From Anaerolineae bacterium (GTDB lineage Bacteria; Chloroflexota; Anaerolineae; B4-G1), in NCBI GenBank assembly GCA_034430655.1, contig DAOUEC010000177.1:1-61214 (forward strand): a stretch of DNA of 61,214 nucleotides, given 5' to 3'. The notes below the pieces were generated by a model. The model was not told the origin of the DNA, made no database searches, and saw only the letters and a list, made by a program, of their open reading frames with translations. The translations under genes and the position numbers were made by a program. Positions 1 through 9,664 of this stretch are shown piece by piece (position 1 is the stretch's first letter; each line of letters begins with the position of its first letter).

Positions 1-218
1 CGTCGCTGTTATGGGATTCTCAACGTGACTCACTTCTTCCAACGCCTGTACTTGGATTTGGAGGGATATCGGCTATTTGCCTGAGTACCCCCAGATATGG
101 CCTACACCACGGGAATTCCCAAAGAACCAAAATCAATTAAACAAGGTAGATCCACTTTGGCCCTTGTACGATCGCCAGCAGCTTTTGAGAATGGATGTAC
201 CTTTGCAATTGGTCGATA

Positions 219-1211
219 TCATTCGACCGCCAACTCCATAGAAATCTGCGCGGGGATTGAGGGCGATAATGCTTCTATAGGCTCTGCGTTCCAATGCTCA
301 AGCGAAATCTCAAGCGCTGCTAAGGCTGGGATCACTTGCTGACCAGCCTCAAAGTAATCGGCGTAACGCTCAACGCCAATGGCGAACAGCCCCACTGCCT
401 CGGCTGCGGCTAGTGTTGAACCAGAGCCCATAAACGGATCCAGTATAATTCCCTCACCTAATGGCAAGGCGGCATACACTAGCTGTCTCATTAAAGACTG
501 TGGCTTTAGACTAGGGTGATCGGAAATCTCACGTTCAGCCTTGGGAGTCCGCTCGCTCGGGATTACGTCGCCAAAGGGTATGCCGTCAGGGAATCGACGC
601 AGCCCGCCTGTCTGATATTGTCGCAAGCAATCTGCAACCGTCCCATGAAATGGCTTGCGAAAAACTCCCCAGGGCTCATAGCAGCCACGCGCCATTGAAG
701 AAACATCGCAGAATTCGTTTTCGGCATTCTTCGGGCGATTGCCGCCACGAAGCGTTCGTACTAGTCGGATGATTTGACCTCGAAATTCAAGGCCGGCATC
801 TGCAACAGCCGTAAAGACCAGTTGTGAGAGATATGCATTGGAAGCCAGAAAGATGTGTCCCCCTGGGCGCAAGACACGCAAAGCCAATGCAGCCCACTCG
901 TAGAAGAATTGCTGTATTCGTCTTCTGTCCTTTCCATTCAGTGCTGTAAATCGGGGCAAAGGGGAACGAATATGACCATCGAATGAGGGAGGAATGCGCC
1001 AAATGCCGCCATTTCCATTTTCGCGCTTTTCCAGTTGATCAAAATCGTACTCTTTGACCCCGTATGGCGGGTCAGTTACAATAGCATGGATGCTTGACGC
1101 GGGGATGCGTCCCATCCACTCAAAGCAATCAGCGTGAACGACCAAGGCTTTATCAAACTGATGGTATTGATAATCCAGAACATATGTAGCAATCACGTCA
1201 TAGATGTCCAT
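219..1211 (-). CDS. Site-specific DNA methyltransferase, N6/N4 family (beta-class motif order)
   Basis: ORF 219..1229. It has 'VTDPPYG' (motif IV) near the N-terminus and 'ILDPFMGSGST' (AdoMet motif) near the C-terminus. Start set to ATG 1211 (MDIYDV), with AGGAG 7 nt upstream. G+C is visibly lower than the bulk of the window. Confidence 0.85.
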   Translation of the reverse strand: MDIYDVIATYVLDYQYHQFDKALVVHADCFEWMGRIPASSIHAIVTDPPYGVKEYDFDQLEKRENGNGGIWRIPPSFDGHIRSPLPRFTALNGKDRRRIQQFFYEWAALALRVLRPGGHIFLASNAYLSQLVFTAVADAGLEFRGQIIRLVRTLRGGNRPKNAENEFCDVSSMARGCYEPWGVFRKPFHGTVADCLRQYQTGGLRRFPDGIPFGDVIPSERTPKAEREISDHPSLKPQSLMRQLVYAALPLGEGIILDPFMGSGSTLAAAEAVGLFAIGVERYADYFEAGQQVIPALAALEISLEHWNAEPIEALSPSIPAQISMELAVE

Positions 1212-1215
1212 ACTG

Positions 1216-1458
1216 TCACTCCTGCACAATCGTCTCGCCCAGGCTGTACTCTGGTCGCAACTCGCGAATCACCTTTCCCACCTTATCCCGTTCTAGCGCG
1301 TTAGCGAGCAGTTGTTCAAAGTCGGGCAGACTCAAGATGATAACCTGAGGGATATTCCGACGCTTAATGACATATCGTGTGTTGTTCTGGATAACATCGT
1401 CGAGAATCTGGCCGAAATGGTTCTGGACTTTTGTTGACGCAATCATTCTCGTGGCCAT
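1216..1458 (-). CDS. Phd/YefM-family type II antitoxin
   Basis: 80 aa. 'IASTKVQNHFGQILDDVIQNNTRYVIKRRNIPQVIILSLPDFEQLL' matches the Phd/YefM N-terminal fold pattern. Its stop lies 4 nt before the methyltransferase ATG. Confidence 0.8.
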   Translation of the reverse strand: MATRMIASTKVQNHFGQILDDVIQNNTRYVIKRRNIPQVIILSLPDFEQLLANALERDKVGKVIRELRPEYSLGETIVQE

Positions 1459-1506
1459 CTAACTCTCCATATTGGGCATACTATTTAATTTGGACGATAT
1501 ATACAT

Positions 1507-1535
1507 ATTATACAACAGGATAGTCACTCTGTCAA
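1507..1535 (-). promoter_or_regulatory. Sigma-70-type promoter (TTGACA-17 nt-TATAAT) for the phd-methyltransferase operon
   Basis: On the minus strand, TTGACA is at 1535..1530 and TATAAT at 1512..1507 with a 17-nt spacer. It sits about 50 nt upstream of ATG 1458 in an AT-rich gap. Confidence 0.6.
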
Positions 1536-1554
1536 GTAGTTAAGAAAACGTTCC

Positions 1555-2454
1555 TTATCCAGTGTCGTGTCCTGTGCAGCTTCGGCTTTTCCGCTGGCCC
1601 AGCACCTCGTCCACGCCGGGCAAGGGCGTGTTCAGGAGCGCTCGAGCGCGGGAGCAATCGAGCGTACAGTCGAGCGGGCGGCAGAGGCGGGGGAACCCCG
1701 CCCCTACCTCCCGACTGCGGGCAGGGATGATCGGGCCGGCGTCCAGGCCGTGGAAGCGCAGCAGTCGCACGCCGAACTCGTAGCGTGAAAGCGCCTGGGC
1801 GCCGGCTACGTGCAGCACGCCTGCGTAGTCCGTCCCGGCCAGTTCGACCACCGCTGCCGCCAGGCTCTCCACCCATACGGGGCAGCGCAATTCGTCGGTG
1901 AAGAGGCGCACCGGTCGCCCATCTTGCAGGCCGTCCACGATCCGGCGCGTGTGCCGGTCCATCTCTGGCCGCCACCCGTAGATGAGCGAGGTGCGCACGA
2001 TCACCGCCTCGGCTCCGGAGACGCGCACTTCCTCCTCGGCCAACGCCTTGCTGCGCCCGTAGGGGATGATGGGCCTGGGCATATCCTTCTCGACATAGTT
2101 CCCTTTCTCGCCGTCGAACAGAACGTCGGTGGAGATGTGGATCAGGCGCACGTCGCAGGCCGCAGCGGCACGGGCGACGTGGCGGGTGCCGGCCACGTTA
2201 GTCGCCTCGAAGTCGGCGTCGTCGCCGGAGTTGATCGCCGCCGTGTGCACGATGACCGCGGGGCACACCTGGGCCACCAATGCCCCAACCGCTGCCCCGT
2301 CCCGCAGATCCAGCCTTCGCCAGGCCGCTCCAGGCTCGTCAACGGGGTGAGTCAGGTAGGTCGCGGTCACATCCCAGCCGGTACGGGCCAGTCGCACGAC
2401 CCATCCGCCCAGGTAGCCACTGCCGCCAGTCACGAGCATCCGGGGTTTCGTCAT
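1555..2454 (-). CDS. NAD(P)-dependent sugar-nucleotide reductase/epimerase, RmlD-like short-chain dehydrogenase/reductase (SDR)
   Basis: 'MLVTGGSGYLGG' Rossmann motif, 'YGRSK' catalytic YxxxK and 'STDVLFDG'. Start set to ATG 2454 (MTKPRMLVTGG), with GAGGGA upstream. Confidence 0.75.
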   Translation of the reverse strand: MTKPRMLVTGGSGYLGGWVVRLARTGWDVTATYLTHPVDEPGAAWRRLDLRDGAAVGALVAQVCPAVIVHTAAINSGDDADFEATNVAGTRHVARAAAACDVRLIHISTDVLFDGEKGNYVEKDMPRPIIPYGRSKALAEEEVRVSGAEAVIVRTSLIYGWRPEMDRHTRRIVDGLQDGRPVRLFTDELRCPVWVESLAAAVVELAGTDYAGVLHVAGAQALSRYEFGVRLLRFHGLDAGPIIPARSREVGAGFPRLCRPLDCTLDCSRARALLNTPLPGVDEVLGQRKSRSCTGHDTG

Positions 2455-2508
2455 CGTCGTCCCTCGATTGGACAAAAGTGGCCTTCGGGGTATCATGTTC
2501 CCCAGGCT

Positions 2509-2536
2509 CACGTTTCACGTTTTACGTTTCATGTCC
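2509..2536. repeat. Heptanucleotide tandem repeat (CACGTTT x about 4; GTGAAAC family)
   Basis: The sequence reads cacgttt cacgttt tacgttt catgtcc. It lies in the divergent intergenic region between the RmlD-like gene and the acetyl-CoA synthetase gene. Confidence 0.8.
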
Positions 2537-2591
2537 TCGCAGGCTTCAAGTGCGCCTGGTATAGTATATCACAGATCCAAGGAGCCAAACA

Positions 2592-4679
2592 TTGATGGAT
2601 CCGCTGTATATTTTTTTCCATCCTCGCGGCATAGCAGTCATCGGCGCGAGTGGCAACCCTGCCAAACTGAGTTACGGCGTCCTGCACAACCTGACGAGCC
2701 ACGGCTACCCCGGCCCTATCTACCCGGTCAACCCCAAGGGTGGGGAGATGATGGGGCTGAAGGTATATTCCACCGTAACGGCGGTACCTGATCCGGTCGA
2801 ACTGGCAGTGATCGTGCTCTCCGCCGACCGGGCGGTGCGGGCGCTGGAGGAATGTGGTCAGCGCGGCATCCGCGCCGCCGTCATCATCGCCTCCGGCTTC
2901 GGCGAACTGGGCGCAGGGGGACGGGAGCGGGAGGCCCAACTGCGGGCGGTCGCCCGCCGTTATGGGATACGCTTTATCGGCCCCAACTGCGTCGGCGTGA
3001 TTGATACCTACGCGCCGGTTGATACGACCTTTGTGCGCACGATGCCAAAACGGGGGGCCATCGGCTTCGTCTCCCACTCCGGCGCGGTCTGCGGCGGCAC
3101 CATGGACTGGGCCAGTGCGGTGGGCGTCGGCTTCTCACGCATCATCAGCCTGGGCAACCAGGCCGATGTGGGCATGGCCGACGCGCTGGAGTCGCTGGCG
3201 GCCGACCCGCACACACGGGTCGTGGCTGCCTACGTCGAGGGATTGCCCGACGGCCGCCGGTTCGTGGAGGAGGCAGCCCGTTTGACCCCGCACAAGCCGC
3301 TGGTGGTGCTCAAAGCGGGACGAACGGCCAGCGGCGTGCGGGCGGTAGCCTCCCACACGGGGGCGCTGGCGGGGGCGGAGCGGGCCTTCCAGGCTGCCTG
3401 CCGCAGGGCCGGGGCGATCCCGGTGGATACACTGGAGGAACTGGTGGACGCGGCCATCGGTCTGGCCTACCGGCAGCCCCCGATGGGGCCACGGGTGGCG
3501 ATCCTGACCAACGCGGGTGGCCCGGCGGCGGTGGGCGCCGACGCGCTGGACCGGCAGGGACTGCGGTTGGCCGATCTCTCGGAGAAGACACAGGCCCGGC
3601 TGCGGGAGGTCTGCCCGCCGGGGACGATGACCGGAAACCCGGTGGACATGCTCGGCGGCCCGCAGCCGGATCAGTACATGGCGGCCATGGGCATCCTGCT
3701 CGACGCGCCAGAGGTGGACGGCGTGATGGTGGTTTTCGTGCCCCAGGCGATTATGCCCCCTTACGACGTGGCGGTGGCAGCAGGGAGGTCCGCCAAAGAG
3801 GCTGAAAAGCCAGTGGTCTGCTGTATCTCCGGTGGGGGTGGCATCCGCGCCGCCGCCCGTGCCCTCCACGCGCACAGTGTCCCCCACTACCTGACCCCCG
3901 CCCGCGCCGCCCTCGGCCTGGGGGCACTGTGGCGGTACGGACAGATCCGGACGCAGCCTGTGCCGGACCCGGAACCGGTGGCAGGTGTGGATCAAGAACG
4001 GGCGCTGGCGCTGGTGCGGGCGGCCCGGGCCGCCGGGGAGCACGTTCTGGACCCGCAGGCGGGGGCGGAGGTGGCGGCAGCCTACGGCCTGCCGGTGCCT
4101 CCCTCCAGCCTGGTGACGACGGCCGAGGATGCGGTGGCGCTGGCGGAGCGTATCGGCTACCCGGTGGCGCTCAAATTGGTCGCGCCGGGGGTGGTGCACA
4201 AGGCGGACGTGGGTGGAGTGGCGCTGGGCCTGGGGGATGCCGACGTGGTGCGGGCGGCGTTTGTGCGGACGGTTGGGTCAGGAAAGCGGGTCTTCGTCCA
4301 GCGAATGGCCCCGAAAGGGCTGGAGGTCATCGTGGGGGCGCAGCGGGACGTGCAGTTTGGCCCGTTGGTGATGTTCGGCCTGGGCGGGGCCTACGTGGAG
4401 GTACTGCGGGACGTGGCCTTCCGGCTGGCGCCGTTGGGGGAGGCGGATGCGCGGGGGATGGTGGCGGAGACGGCAGCGGGACGGCTGCTGGTGGGCATGC
4501 GCGGTCAGCCCGCGGGGGACGTGGAGGCAGTGGTGGAAGCACTGCGCCGGGTGGCCCAGTTGATGGCCGACCTGCCGGAGGTGGCGGAGGCGGACCTGAA
4601 TCCGCTGGTCGTGGGGCCAGCCGGAGAGGGGGCCTGGGCGGTGGACGTGCGCATCGTGCTGGGAGAGAGGCCCCGGTGA
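2592..4679 (+). CDS. Acetate--CoA ligase (ADP-forming), fused alpha/beta (CoA-binding plus ATP-grasp domains)
   Basis: 695 aa. 'PRGIAVIGASGNP' marks the CoA-binding N-terminus, followed by a succinyl-CoA-synthetase-like flavodoxin domain and a C-terminal ATP-grasp ('GYPVALKLVAPGVVHKADVGGV'). AAGGAG lies upstream. The start is TTG 2592 or ATG 2595. Confidence 0.85.
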   Translation: MMDPLYIFFHPRGIAVIGASGNPAKLSYGVLHNLTSHGYPGPIYPVNPKGGEMMGLKVYSTVTAVPDPVELAVIVLSADRAVRALEECGQRGIRAAVIIASGFGELGAGGREREAQLRAVARRYGIRFIGPNCVGVIDTYAPVDTTFVRTMPKRGAIGFVSHSGAVCGGTMDWASAVGVGFSRIISLGNQADVGMADALESLAADPHTRVVAAYVEGLPDGRRFVEEAARLTPHKPLVVLKAGRTASGVRAVASHTGALAGAERAFQAACRRAGAIPVDTLEELVDAAIGLAYRQPPMGPRVAILTNAGGPAAVGADALDRQGLRLADLSEKTQARLREVCPPGTMTGNPVDMLGGPQPDQYMAAMGILLDAPEVDGVMVVFVPQAIMPPYDVAVAAGRSAKEAEKPVVCCISGGGGIRAAARALHAHSVPHYLTPARAALGLGALWRYGQIRTQPVPDPEPVAGVDQERALALVRAARAAGEHVLDPQAGAEVAAAYGLPVPPSSLVTTAEDAVALAERIGYPVALKLVAPGVVHKADVGGVALGLGDADVVRAAFVRTVGSGKRVFVQRMAPKGLEVIVGAQRDVQFGPLVMFGLGGAYVEVLRDVAFRLAPLGEADARGMVAETAAGRLLVGMRGQPAGDVEAVVEALRRVAQLMADLPEVAEADLNPLVVGPAGEGAWAVDVRIVLGERPR

Positions 4680-4744
4680 CATAGGGCGCGCACGCCCAGG
4701 TAAGACTGCTGGTGGGGCCACTCCCACTCCGGGAGCGGCGGCCA

Positions 4745-5266
4745 TCATCCTTCCGGTGGATGACGTTGCTCGAAGGGGATCCGCGCGCCTAGCGTGACCT
4801 CCAGCTCCAATTCCTCGCCGTCCCGCTGCACGCGTAACTTGACCTCATCCCAGGGCTCGTGCTCCAGGATGCGAGCGGACAGGTCGGGGTGTCCTTCGCC
4901 GACCGATTTCCTGTCCACGGCCAGGATCACGTCCCCCTCGCGCAGACCGGCCTGATCGGCAGGACTGTCCGGCTCCACCTCCACGATTCGCGCCCCCTCT
5001 TCGACCGTCTCGTAGCGCACCCCCAGGTAGGGATGTATCTCCATCTCCGGAGTCTCTTCAGGCAACCTGGGCCACTCCTCGCCGGGGGGCTGCGGCAGCG
5101 GCACCTCAATGGGGGGTGTGGTGTGGGCAGCCCGACCGCGCCCAATGACGTAGCCGGTCGCTCCGCCGAGCACCAGGCCTACCACGCCGCATGTCGCTGC
5201 GACGAGCAGCACCACCAGAACGACCCCAATCACCTGACATCCGCTCAATCCACTGCGTTGGTTCAT
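4745..5266 (-). CDS. PDZ domain-containing membrane protein
   Basis: N-terminal transmembrane (TM) helix ('VIGVVLVVLLVAATCGVVGLVLG'). The PDZ-like core is 'VEPDSPADQAGLREGDVILAVDRKSV'. Confidence 0.7.
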   Translation of the reverse strand: MNQRSGLSGCQVIGVVLVVLLVAATCGVVGLVLGGATGYVIGRGRAAHTTPPIEVPLPQPPGEEWPRLPEETPEMEIHPYLGVRYETVEEGARIVEVEPDSPADQAGLREGDVILAVDRKSVGEGHPDLSARILEHEPWDEVKLRVQRDGEELELEVTLGARIPFEQRHPPEG

Positions 5267-5342
5267 CCTGCACCTCCTTGTCCACGCTTGTTCATATCTC
5301 TGCTACGCAGACACCGCGCCAGGGTTGCAGTCCATCCTACTC

Positions 5343-6506
5343 TCAGTCCGCCGTTCTGGCCACCTCATACACCCGCCCGAACTCCGCCACGAACAGCGCC
5401 GCGACCTCGGGGTCGTGGATGATGAGCAGGTTCTCGTCGTTGTTATTCTCCGCGCTGCTGGTGAAGTTGTAGGAGCCCAGGATCACCGTCGCGTCGTCAA
5501 CGATGATCACTTTGTGGTGCATGATGTACGGGTTGCCGTCAGGAAGAACGTCGTGGACCGCCGCCCGCAGCCGTTCGTACTGGCTGTACTCCCGCCCGGC
5601 GTTGCGACTCTCCATCACCCCCTGCACCACCACACCCGCTCGCGCCCGCTCCAACAGCGCGTCGGCGATTTCGTCGCTGGTGAAGGTGAAGGCCAGGAAG
5701 CGGATGTGGCTTTGTGCCCCTTCGATCTCCGCGATGATCTGTGCCGCCACTTCGTCCTCGGGCGCGAAGTAGTTCTCCACCTCGACCTGCCGCTCCTGTC
5801 CCTCGCCGGTCTCGACGGTGATGATTACGCGGGGGTTGGGCGTATCGGCTGGCGAGGTGGGGCCGAACTGGCCCGCGAACATCTCCTCGAACTCGGCGCT
5901 GTAGTTCTCCGCCAGCGTGGTCGAACCGATCAAGACGGCGTCGTTGTTGTTGCGGTAGGTGCCGTTTTCGGTCAGGTTCCACGACCCCGTCCACACCCAC
6001 TGCCCGTCAATGACAGCAAACTTATCGTGCATCAGTCCGCTGCTGCGCCCATCCTCGACGATGGGGATACCGGCCCGCTGCAGGTCGGCCACAGCCTCCT
6101 CGTCGGCGTTGTCGCTTTCGACGACGATGCGCACCTGTACACCGTCGCGGTGGGCCGCGATCAGCGCGCCGGCCACGCTCTCCAGGTCGAAGTCGTAAGC
6201 GACCACGTCCACGCGGGTCTCAGCCTGTTCGATCACAGAGACCAGTTCCTCGTCCAGCCCACCATGATGGTAGGCATCGTCGTCTGGATAGCGGGGACGG
6301 GTGAAGTAGACGCGGACCCAGTCACCGCTCACCGTCTCCGTGACCGTGCGCGCCCCGTCCAGGAAATCCAGGTTCAGCCCGCCACACACCGCCTGGACGA
6401 GTGCCACGGCGATCACCGCCAGGACGAGCACACTGGAAAATGACCAATGACCAATGAACAATGGCCAATTGAACGAGACGGCCGGTGTTCGTGACCTACG
6501 CGCCAT
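5343..6506 (-). CDS. Phospholipase D-family protein (two HKD motifs), N-terminal TM anchor
   Basis: Two HKD motifs: 'MHDKFAVIDGQWVWTGSWNLTENG' and 'MHHKVIIVDDATVILGSYNFTSSAENNNDEN'. Start set to ATG 6506 (MARRSR), with GGAGG 7 nt upstream. It overlaps the stop of the upstream ORF by 11 nt. Confidence 0.8.
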   Translation of the reverse strand: MARRSRTPAVSFNWPLFIGHWSFSSVLVLAVIAVALVQAVCGGLNLDFLDGARTVTETVSGDWVRVYFTRPRYPDDDAYHHGGLDEELVSVIEQAETRVDVVAYDFDLESVAGALIAAHRDGVQVRIVVESDNADEEAVADLQRAGIPIVEDGRSSGLMHDKFAVIDGQWVWTGSWNLTENGTYRNNNDAVLIGSTTLAENYSAEFEEMFAGQFGPTSPADTPNPRVIITVETGEGQERQVEVENYFAPEDEVAAQIIAEIEGAQSHIRFLAFTFTSDEIADALLERARAGVVVQGVMESRNAGREYSQYERLRAAVHDVLPDGNPYIMHHKVIIVDDATVILGSYNFTSSAENNNDENLLIIHDPEVAALFVAEFGRVYEVARTAD

Positions 6507-6810
6507 GCTCTGCCTCCATGTTTTGCTCCATCTCGACCTCCGCCAGCAATGCCCGCACCCGTTCCACCTGGGCCTCGGGCATGGCCTCACCGGCCCGTCG
6601 CCCAACGCGCTTCATCGTGCGGCGCAGGGCTGCAAGGCGCGCGTCAAGTTCCCTCTGCGAGGCTCCCTCCGCCTGCTGTGCCGTCGCCTCCGCCCGCGCC
6701 AGTCCCCAGTCGAGCAGAAGCGCGGCAGCGCCGTCGGTCAGGTCGACGGTGAGGGCTTCGTCCTCCAGAATGCGCTCCGCAGCGCGGTGGCGATTCTCGA
6801 GACAAGTCAT
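6496..6810 (-). CDS. Hypothetical small helical protein
   Basis: ORF 6496..6861. Start set to ATG 6810 (MTCLENRH), with GGGGAG upstream. It is translationally coupled to the PLD gene. No recognisable family. Confidence 0.45.
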   Translation of the reverse strand: MTCLENRHRAAERILEDEALTVDLTDGAAALLLDWGLARAEATAQQAEGASQRELDARLAALRRTMKRVGRRAGEAMPEAQVERVRALLAEVEMEQNMEAEHGA

Positions 6811-6903
6811 CGCTCCCCTTTCGTTGATTTCCCCCACAAAGTATAACGCCATGCGGCGCATCGCACAAGCGGCGGACCGGTATCCAGCATTGCGAATAAA
6901 GAA

Positions 6904-6931
6904 GGCCCCTCACCAGGGTGAGGGGCCTTTT
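6904..6931 (-). terminator. Rho-independent terminator after groEL
   Basis: GGCCCCTCAC-loop-GTGAGGGGCC stem with T-rich tracts on both sides, 35 nt downstream of the groEL stop. Confidence 0.7.
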
Positions 6932-6965
6932 GCCTGCAGATTGCCTGCGAACTAACCGCGCCGGC

Positions 6966-8594
6966 CTAGTACTGCGGCATCGGCGGCGCCGCGGCCTTCT
7001 CTTCCTCTGGGATGTCGGCGATCAGTGCCTCTGTAGAGAGAATCATGGCCGCGATAGACGCGGCGTTGGAGAGCGCACCCTTGGTCACCTTGGCCGGGTC
7101 AGTGATACCCCGCTCCACCATGTCCACGAAATCGCCCTGAAGCACGTCATAGCCGATGGAGTTGTTGCCCTTCTCCTTCTGGATCCGCCGCACGGTGTCG
7201 AGAATCACCGCACCATCCTCTCCCGCGTTCTCGGAGATTTTGCGCATGGGCATCTCCAGTGCGGCGCGCAGGATATTGACGCCAGTCTGCTCGTCGGGGT
7301 AGTCCATCTTGACCTTGTCGAGCACGAAAATGGCGTTGATCAGCGTCACGCCGCCTCCAGGCACGATGCCCTCCTCGACCGCCGCGCGGGTGGCTGAAAG
7401 CGCATCCTCGACGCGGTGTTTCTTCTCCTTCAGTTCCGTCTCGGTGGCAGCACCGACGCGGATGATGGCAACACCGCCGGCCAACTTCGCCAGCCGCTCC
7501 TGCAGTTTCTCCCGATCGTAGTCGGAGGTGGACTTTTCGATCTCGACCTTGATCTGCTCCATGCGGCCCTTGATCTCCGACGCGTCGCCGCTACCACCGA
7601 CGATGGTGGTGTCATCTTTGGTGGAGATGACCTTGTCGGCCCGGCCCAGGTCCTCAATGGTGGTGCTATCCAGTTTGCGGCCCTCCTCCTCGGTGATCAC
7701 GTGGCCGCCGGTGAGTGCCGCGATGTCACGCAGCATAGCCTTGCGACGATCGCCGAACCCAGGTGCCTTCACCGCCAGGCAGTTGAGCAATCCTCGCAGT
7801 TTGTTGAGCACCAGCGTCGCCAGTGCCTCGCCGTCAATGTCCTCGGCGATGATGACCAGGTTGCGCGCACCCCTCTGCACCAGTTTCTCCAGGACAGGCA
7901 CCAGGTCATGCGCGGCCGAGACCTTCTTGTCGTGGATCAGGATGTAGGGCTCCTCAATGACCGATTCCATTACCTCGGGGTTGGTGATGAAGTAGGGGGA
8001 GATGTAGCCCCGATCAAACTGCATGCCCTCGACGTACTCGGTCTCGAACTCCAGTCCTTTGCTCTCCTCGACGGTGATGACGCCGTCCTTGCCCACCTTG
8101 TCCATCACCTCAGCGATCAGTTCGCCGATCTCCCTGTCCTGCGCGGAGATGGCCGCCACGTTGGCGATCTCCTCCTTGGTCGTCAGTTCAATCGCCTGAT
8201 CGGCGATGTGCTCAACCACGGCCTCAGCACCGGCCAGGATGCCGCGCTTGAGCAGCATCGAGTTAGCACCGGCGGCTACGTTCTTCATACCCTCAGTGAT
8301 GATGGTGTGGGCCAGCAAGGTAGCAGTAGTAGTGCCGTCGCCGGCGATGTCGTTCGTCTTAGTGGCCGCTTCTTTCAACAGTTGCGCCCCCATGTTCTCG
8401 AAAGGATCTGCCAATTCGATCTCCTTGGCCACTGTCACGCCGTCGTGAGTGATGGTAGGAGCGCCCCATTTCTTGTCGAGCGCGACGTTGCGCCCCTTGG
8501 GGCCCAGCGTGGTGACGACGGCGGTCGCCAGGGTGTCAATCCCGATCTTGAGAGAACGGCGGGCTTCATCGCTGAATACTAATTGCTTTGCCAT
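6966..8594 (-). CDS. groL: Chaperonin GroEL
   Basis: 542 aa. Contains '[12 protein letters not shown]' and is full-length GroEL-like throughout. Confidence 0.98.
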   Translation of the reverse strand: MAKQLVFSDEARRSLKIGIDTLATAVVTTLGPKGRNVALDKKWGAPTITHDGVTVAKEIELADPFENMGAQLLKEAATKTNDIAGDGTTTATLLAHTIITEGMKNVAAGANSMLLKRGILAGAEAVVEHIADQAIELTTKEEIANVAAISAQDREIGELIAEVMDKVGKDGVITVEESKGLEFETEYVEGMQFDRGYISPYFITNPEVMESVIEEPYILIHDKKVSAAHDLVPVLEKLVQRGARNLVIIAEDIDGEALATLVLNKLRGLLNCLAVKAPGFGDRRKAMLRDIAALTGGHVITEEEGRKLDSTTIEDLGRADKVISTKDDTTIVGGSGDASEIKGRMEQIKVEIEKSTSDYDREKLQERLAKLAGGVAIIRVGAATETELKEKKHRVEDALSATRAAVEEGIVPGGGVTLINAIFVLDKVKMDYPDEQTGVNILRAALEMPMRKISENAGEDGAVILDTVRRIQKEKGNNSIGYDVLQGDFVDMVERGITDPAKVTKGALSNAASIAAMILSTEALIADIPEEEKAAAPPMPQY

Positions 8595-8636
8595 TTTCTT
8601 TTATTCCTCCCTATTGAAGATTAGGTTGTATTTATA

Positions 8637-8939
8637 CTACTCCAGGATAGCCAGGATATCGCTCTCTTTCAGGAAGAGGATCTCCTCGCCGCCCTCTGCC
8701 TTAAACGCCGTGCCAGCATACTTGGCGTACACGACTGTGTCCCCGACCTTGACCTCCATCGGGATACGCTTGCCGTCCTCGTCAAGGCGACCCGGCCCCA
8801 CGGCCAGCACCTTGCCCTGCTGGGGCTTCTCTTTGGCGGTGTCGGGCAGCACCAACTGGCCGCCAGCGAAGGTCTCCACTTCCTTCTCCAGCGGCTCAAT
8901 GACCACCCGGTCGGCCAATGGTTTGATGTTCAGTGTCAT
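8637..8939 (-). CDS. groES: Co-chaperonin GroES
   Basis: 100 aa. '[16 protein letters not shown]...GKVLAVGPG', located directly upstream of groEL. Confidence 0.97.
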   Translation of the reverse strand: MTLNIKPLADRVVIEPLEKEVETFAGGQLVLPDTAKEKPQQGKVLAVGPGRLDEDGKRIPMEVKVGDTVVYAKYAGTAFKAEGGEEILFLKESDILAILE

Positions 8940-8976
8940 CTCGCTACCTCCTGATTAGAATTGATTGTTCACCGTG

Positions 8977-9003
8977 CTAGCACTCGATCTGTGAGAGTGC
9001 TAA
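8977..9003 (-). promoter_or_regulatory. CIRCE operator (HrcA binding site)
   Basis: CTAGCACTC-N9-GAGTGCTAA matches the consensus TTAGCACTC-N9-GAGTGCTAA. It lies between the groES start and its promoter. Confidence 0.9.
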
Positions 9004-9013
9004 CACGGCCACA

Positions 9014-9041
9014 ATCATACCACAAATTTTGGAGATGTCAA
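9014..9041 (-). promoter_or_regulatory. Sigma-70-type promoter of groES-groEL (TTGACA-16 nt-TATGAT)
   Basis: On the minus strand, TTGACA is at 9041..9036 and TATGAT at 9019..9014, immediately upstream of CIRCE. Confidence 0.6.
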
Positions 9042-9077
9042 GGGTATTCAAACCGGTAATTGCCCACATCTGACAAC

Positions 9078-9105
9078 TTGACATTCCCACATTCCGTGGC
9101 ATACT
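9078..9105 (+). promoter_or_regulatory. Candidate promoter (TTGACA-16 nt-CATACT with TGn extension) for the zinc-ribbon/csoR genes
   Basis: TTGACA at 9078..9083 and TGgCATACT at 9097..9105. It is divergent from the groES promoter. Confidence 0.4.
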
Positions 9106-9149
9106 ATACCCAGGTACAGTATTTTTGCGTATGGAGGTGTGAAAGAGAG

Positions 9150-9350
9150 ATGCCCATTTATGAGTACCGTTGTGCCGAATGTGGCGAGAAATTTGAACTG
9201 TTCGTGCGTTCGGCCACGCAACAGACCACTCCCACCTGCCCCAGGTGCGGCAGCCCCAGGGTGCAGAAGGCTATCTCGCTGTTTGGAGTCGGTGGGACAG
9301 GCGGGAGCAGCAGGACGAGCGCCGCCTCTTGTGGCCCCGGCCCCGTCTGA
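9150..9350 (+). CDS. FmdB-family zinc-ribbon protein
   Basis: 'MPIYEYRCAECGEKFE...CPRCGS' is the signature N-terminus. Start ATG 9150, with GGAGG upstream. Confidence 0.85.
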   Translation: MPIYEYRCAECGEKFELFVRSATQQTTPTCPRCGSPRVQKAISLFGVGGTGGSSRTSAASCGPGPV

Positions 9351-9396
9351 GGGGTGGGTCACTAGGAGGCCGTGGGCCTCTGGCAAGGGGGAAGAG

Positions 9397-9660
9397 ATGC
9401 AGTTGACCGATTCATCCGGCAAAGCCGACCTGCTGAGGCGTGTGCGGCGCATTGAGGGCCAGGCGCGGGGCGTGGCGTGCATGATCGAAGAAGACCGCGA
9501 CTGCCACGAGATTCTGCAACAACTGGCCGCCATCCGCTCTGCCGCGCATCAGGCTACTGTCGCGCTGGTGCGGGTTTATGCCACCGAATGTATGGCATCG
9601 GATGGTTCACCTGAAGAGATCGCCGACGCGTTGGCAACGGCGCTGTCGAGGTTAGCGTAG
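9397..9660 (+). CDS. Metal-sensing transcriptional repressor, CsoR/RcnR/FrmR family (DUF156)
   Basis: 'LLRRVRRIEGQARGVACMIEEDRDCHEILQQLAAIRSAAHQA' carries the family C-H-C pattern. Start set to ATG 9397. Confidence 0.85.
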   Translation: MQLTDSSGKADLLRRVRRIEGQARGVACMIEEDRDCHEILQQLAAIRSAAHQATVALVRVYATECMASDGSPEEIADALATALSRLA

Positions 9661-9664
9661 GAAG

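Noticed and set aside
97-342. A plus-strand 81-aa ORF at the left edge, and short minus-strand ORFs downstream of the methyltransferase, considered as candidate restriction or toxin genes.
   Set aside because: The plus-strand ORF overlaps the methyltransferase 3' end antisense. The minus-strand frames in 1..218 are broken by stops within about 30 codons, and there is no family resemblance.
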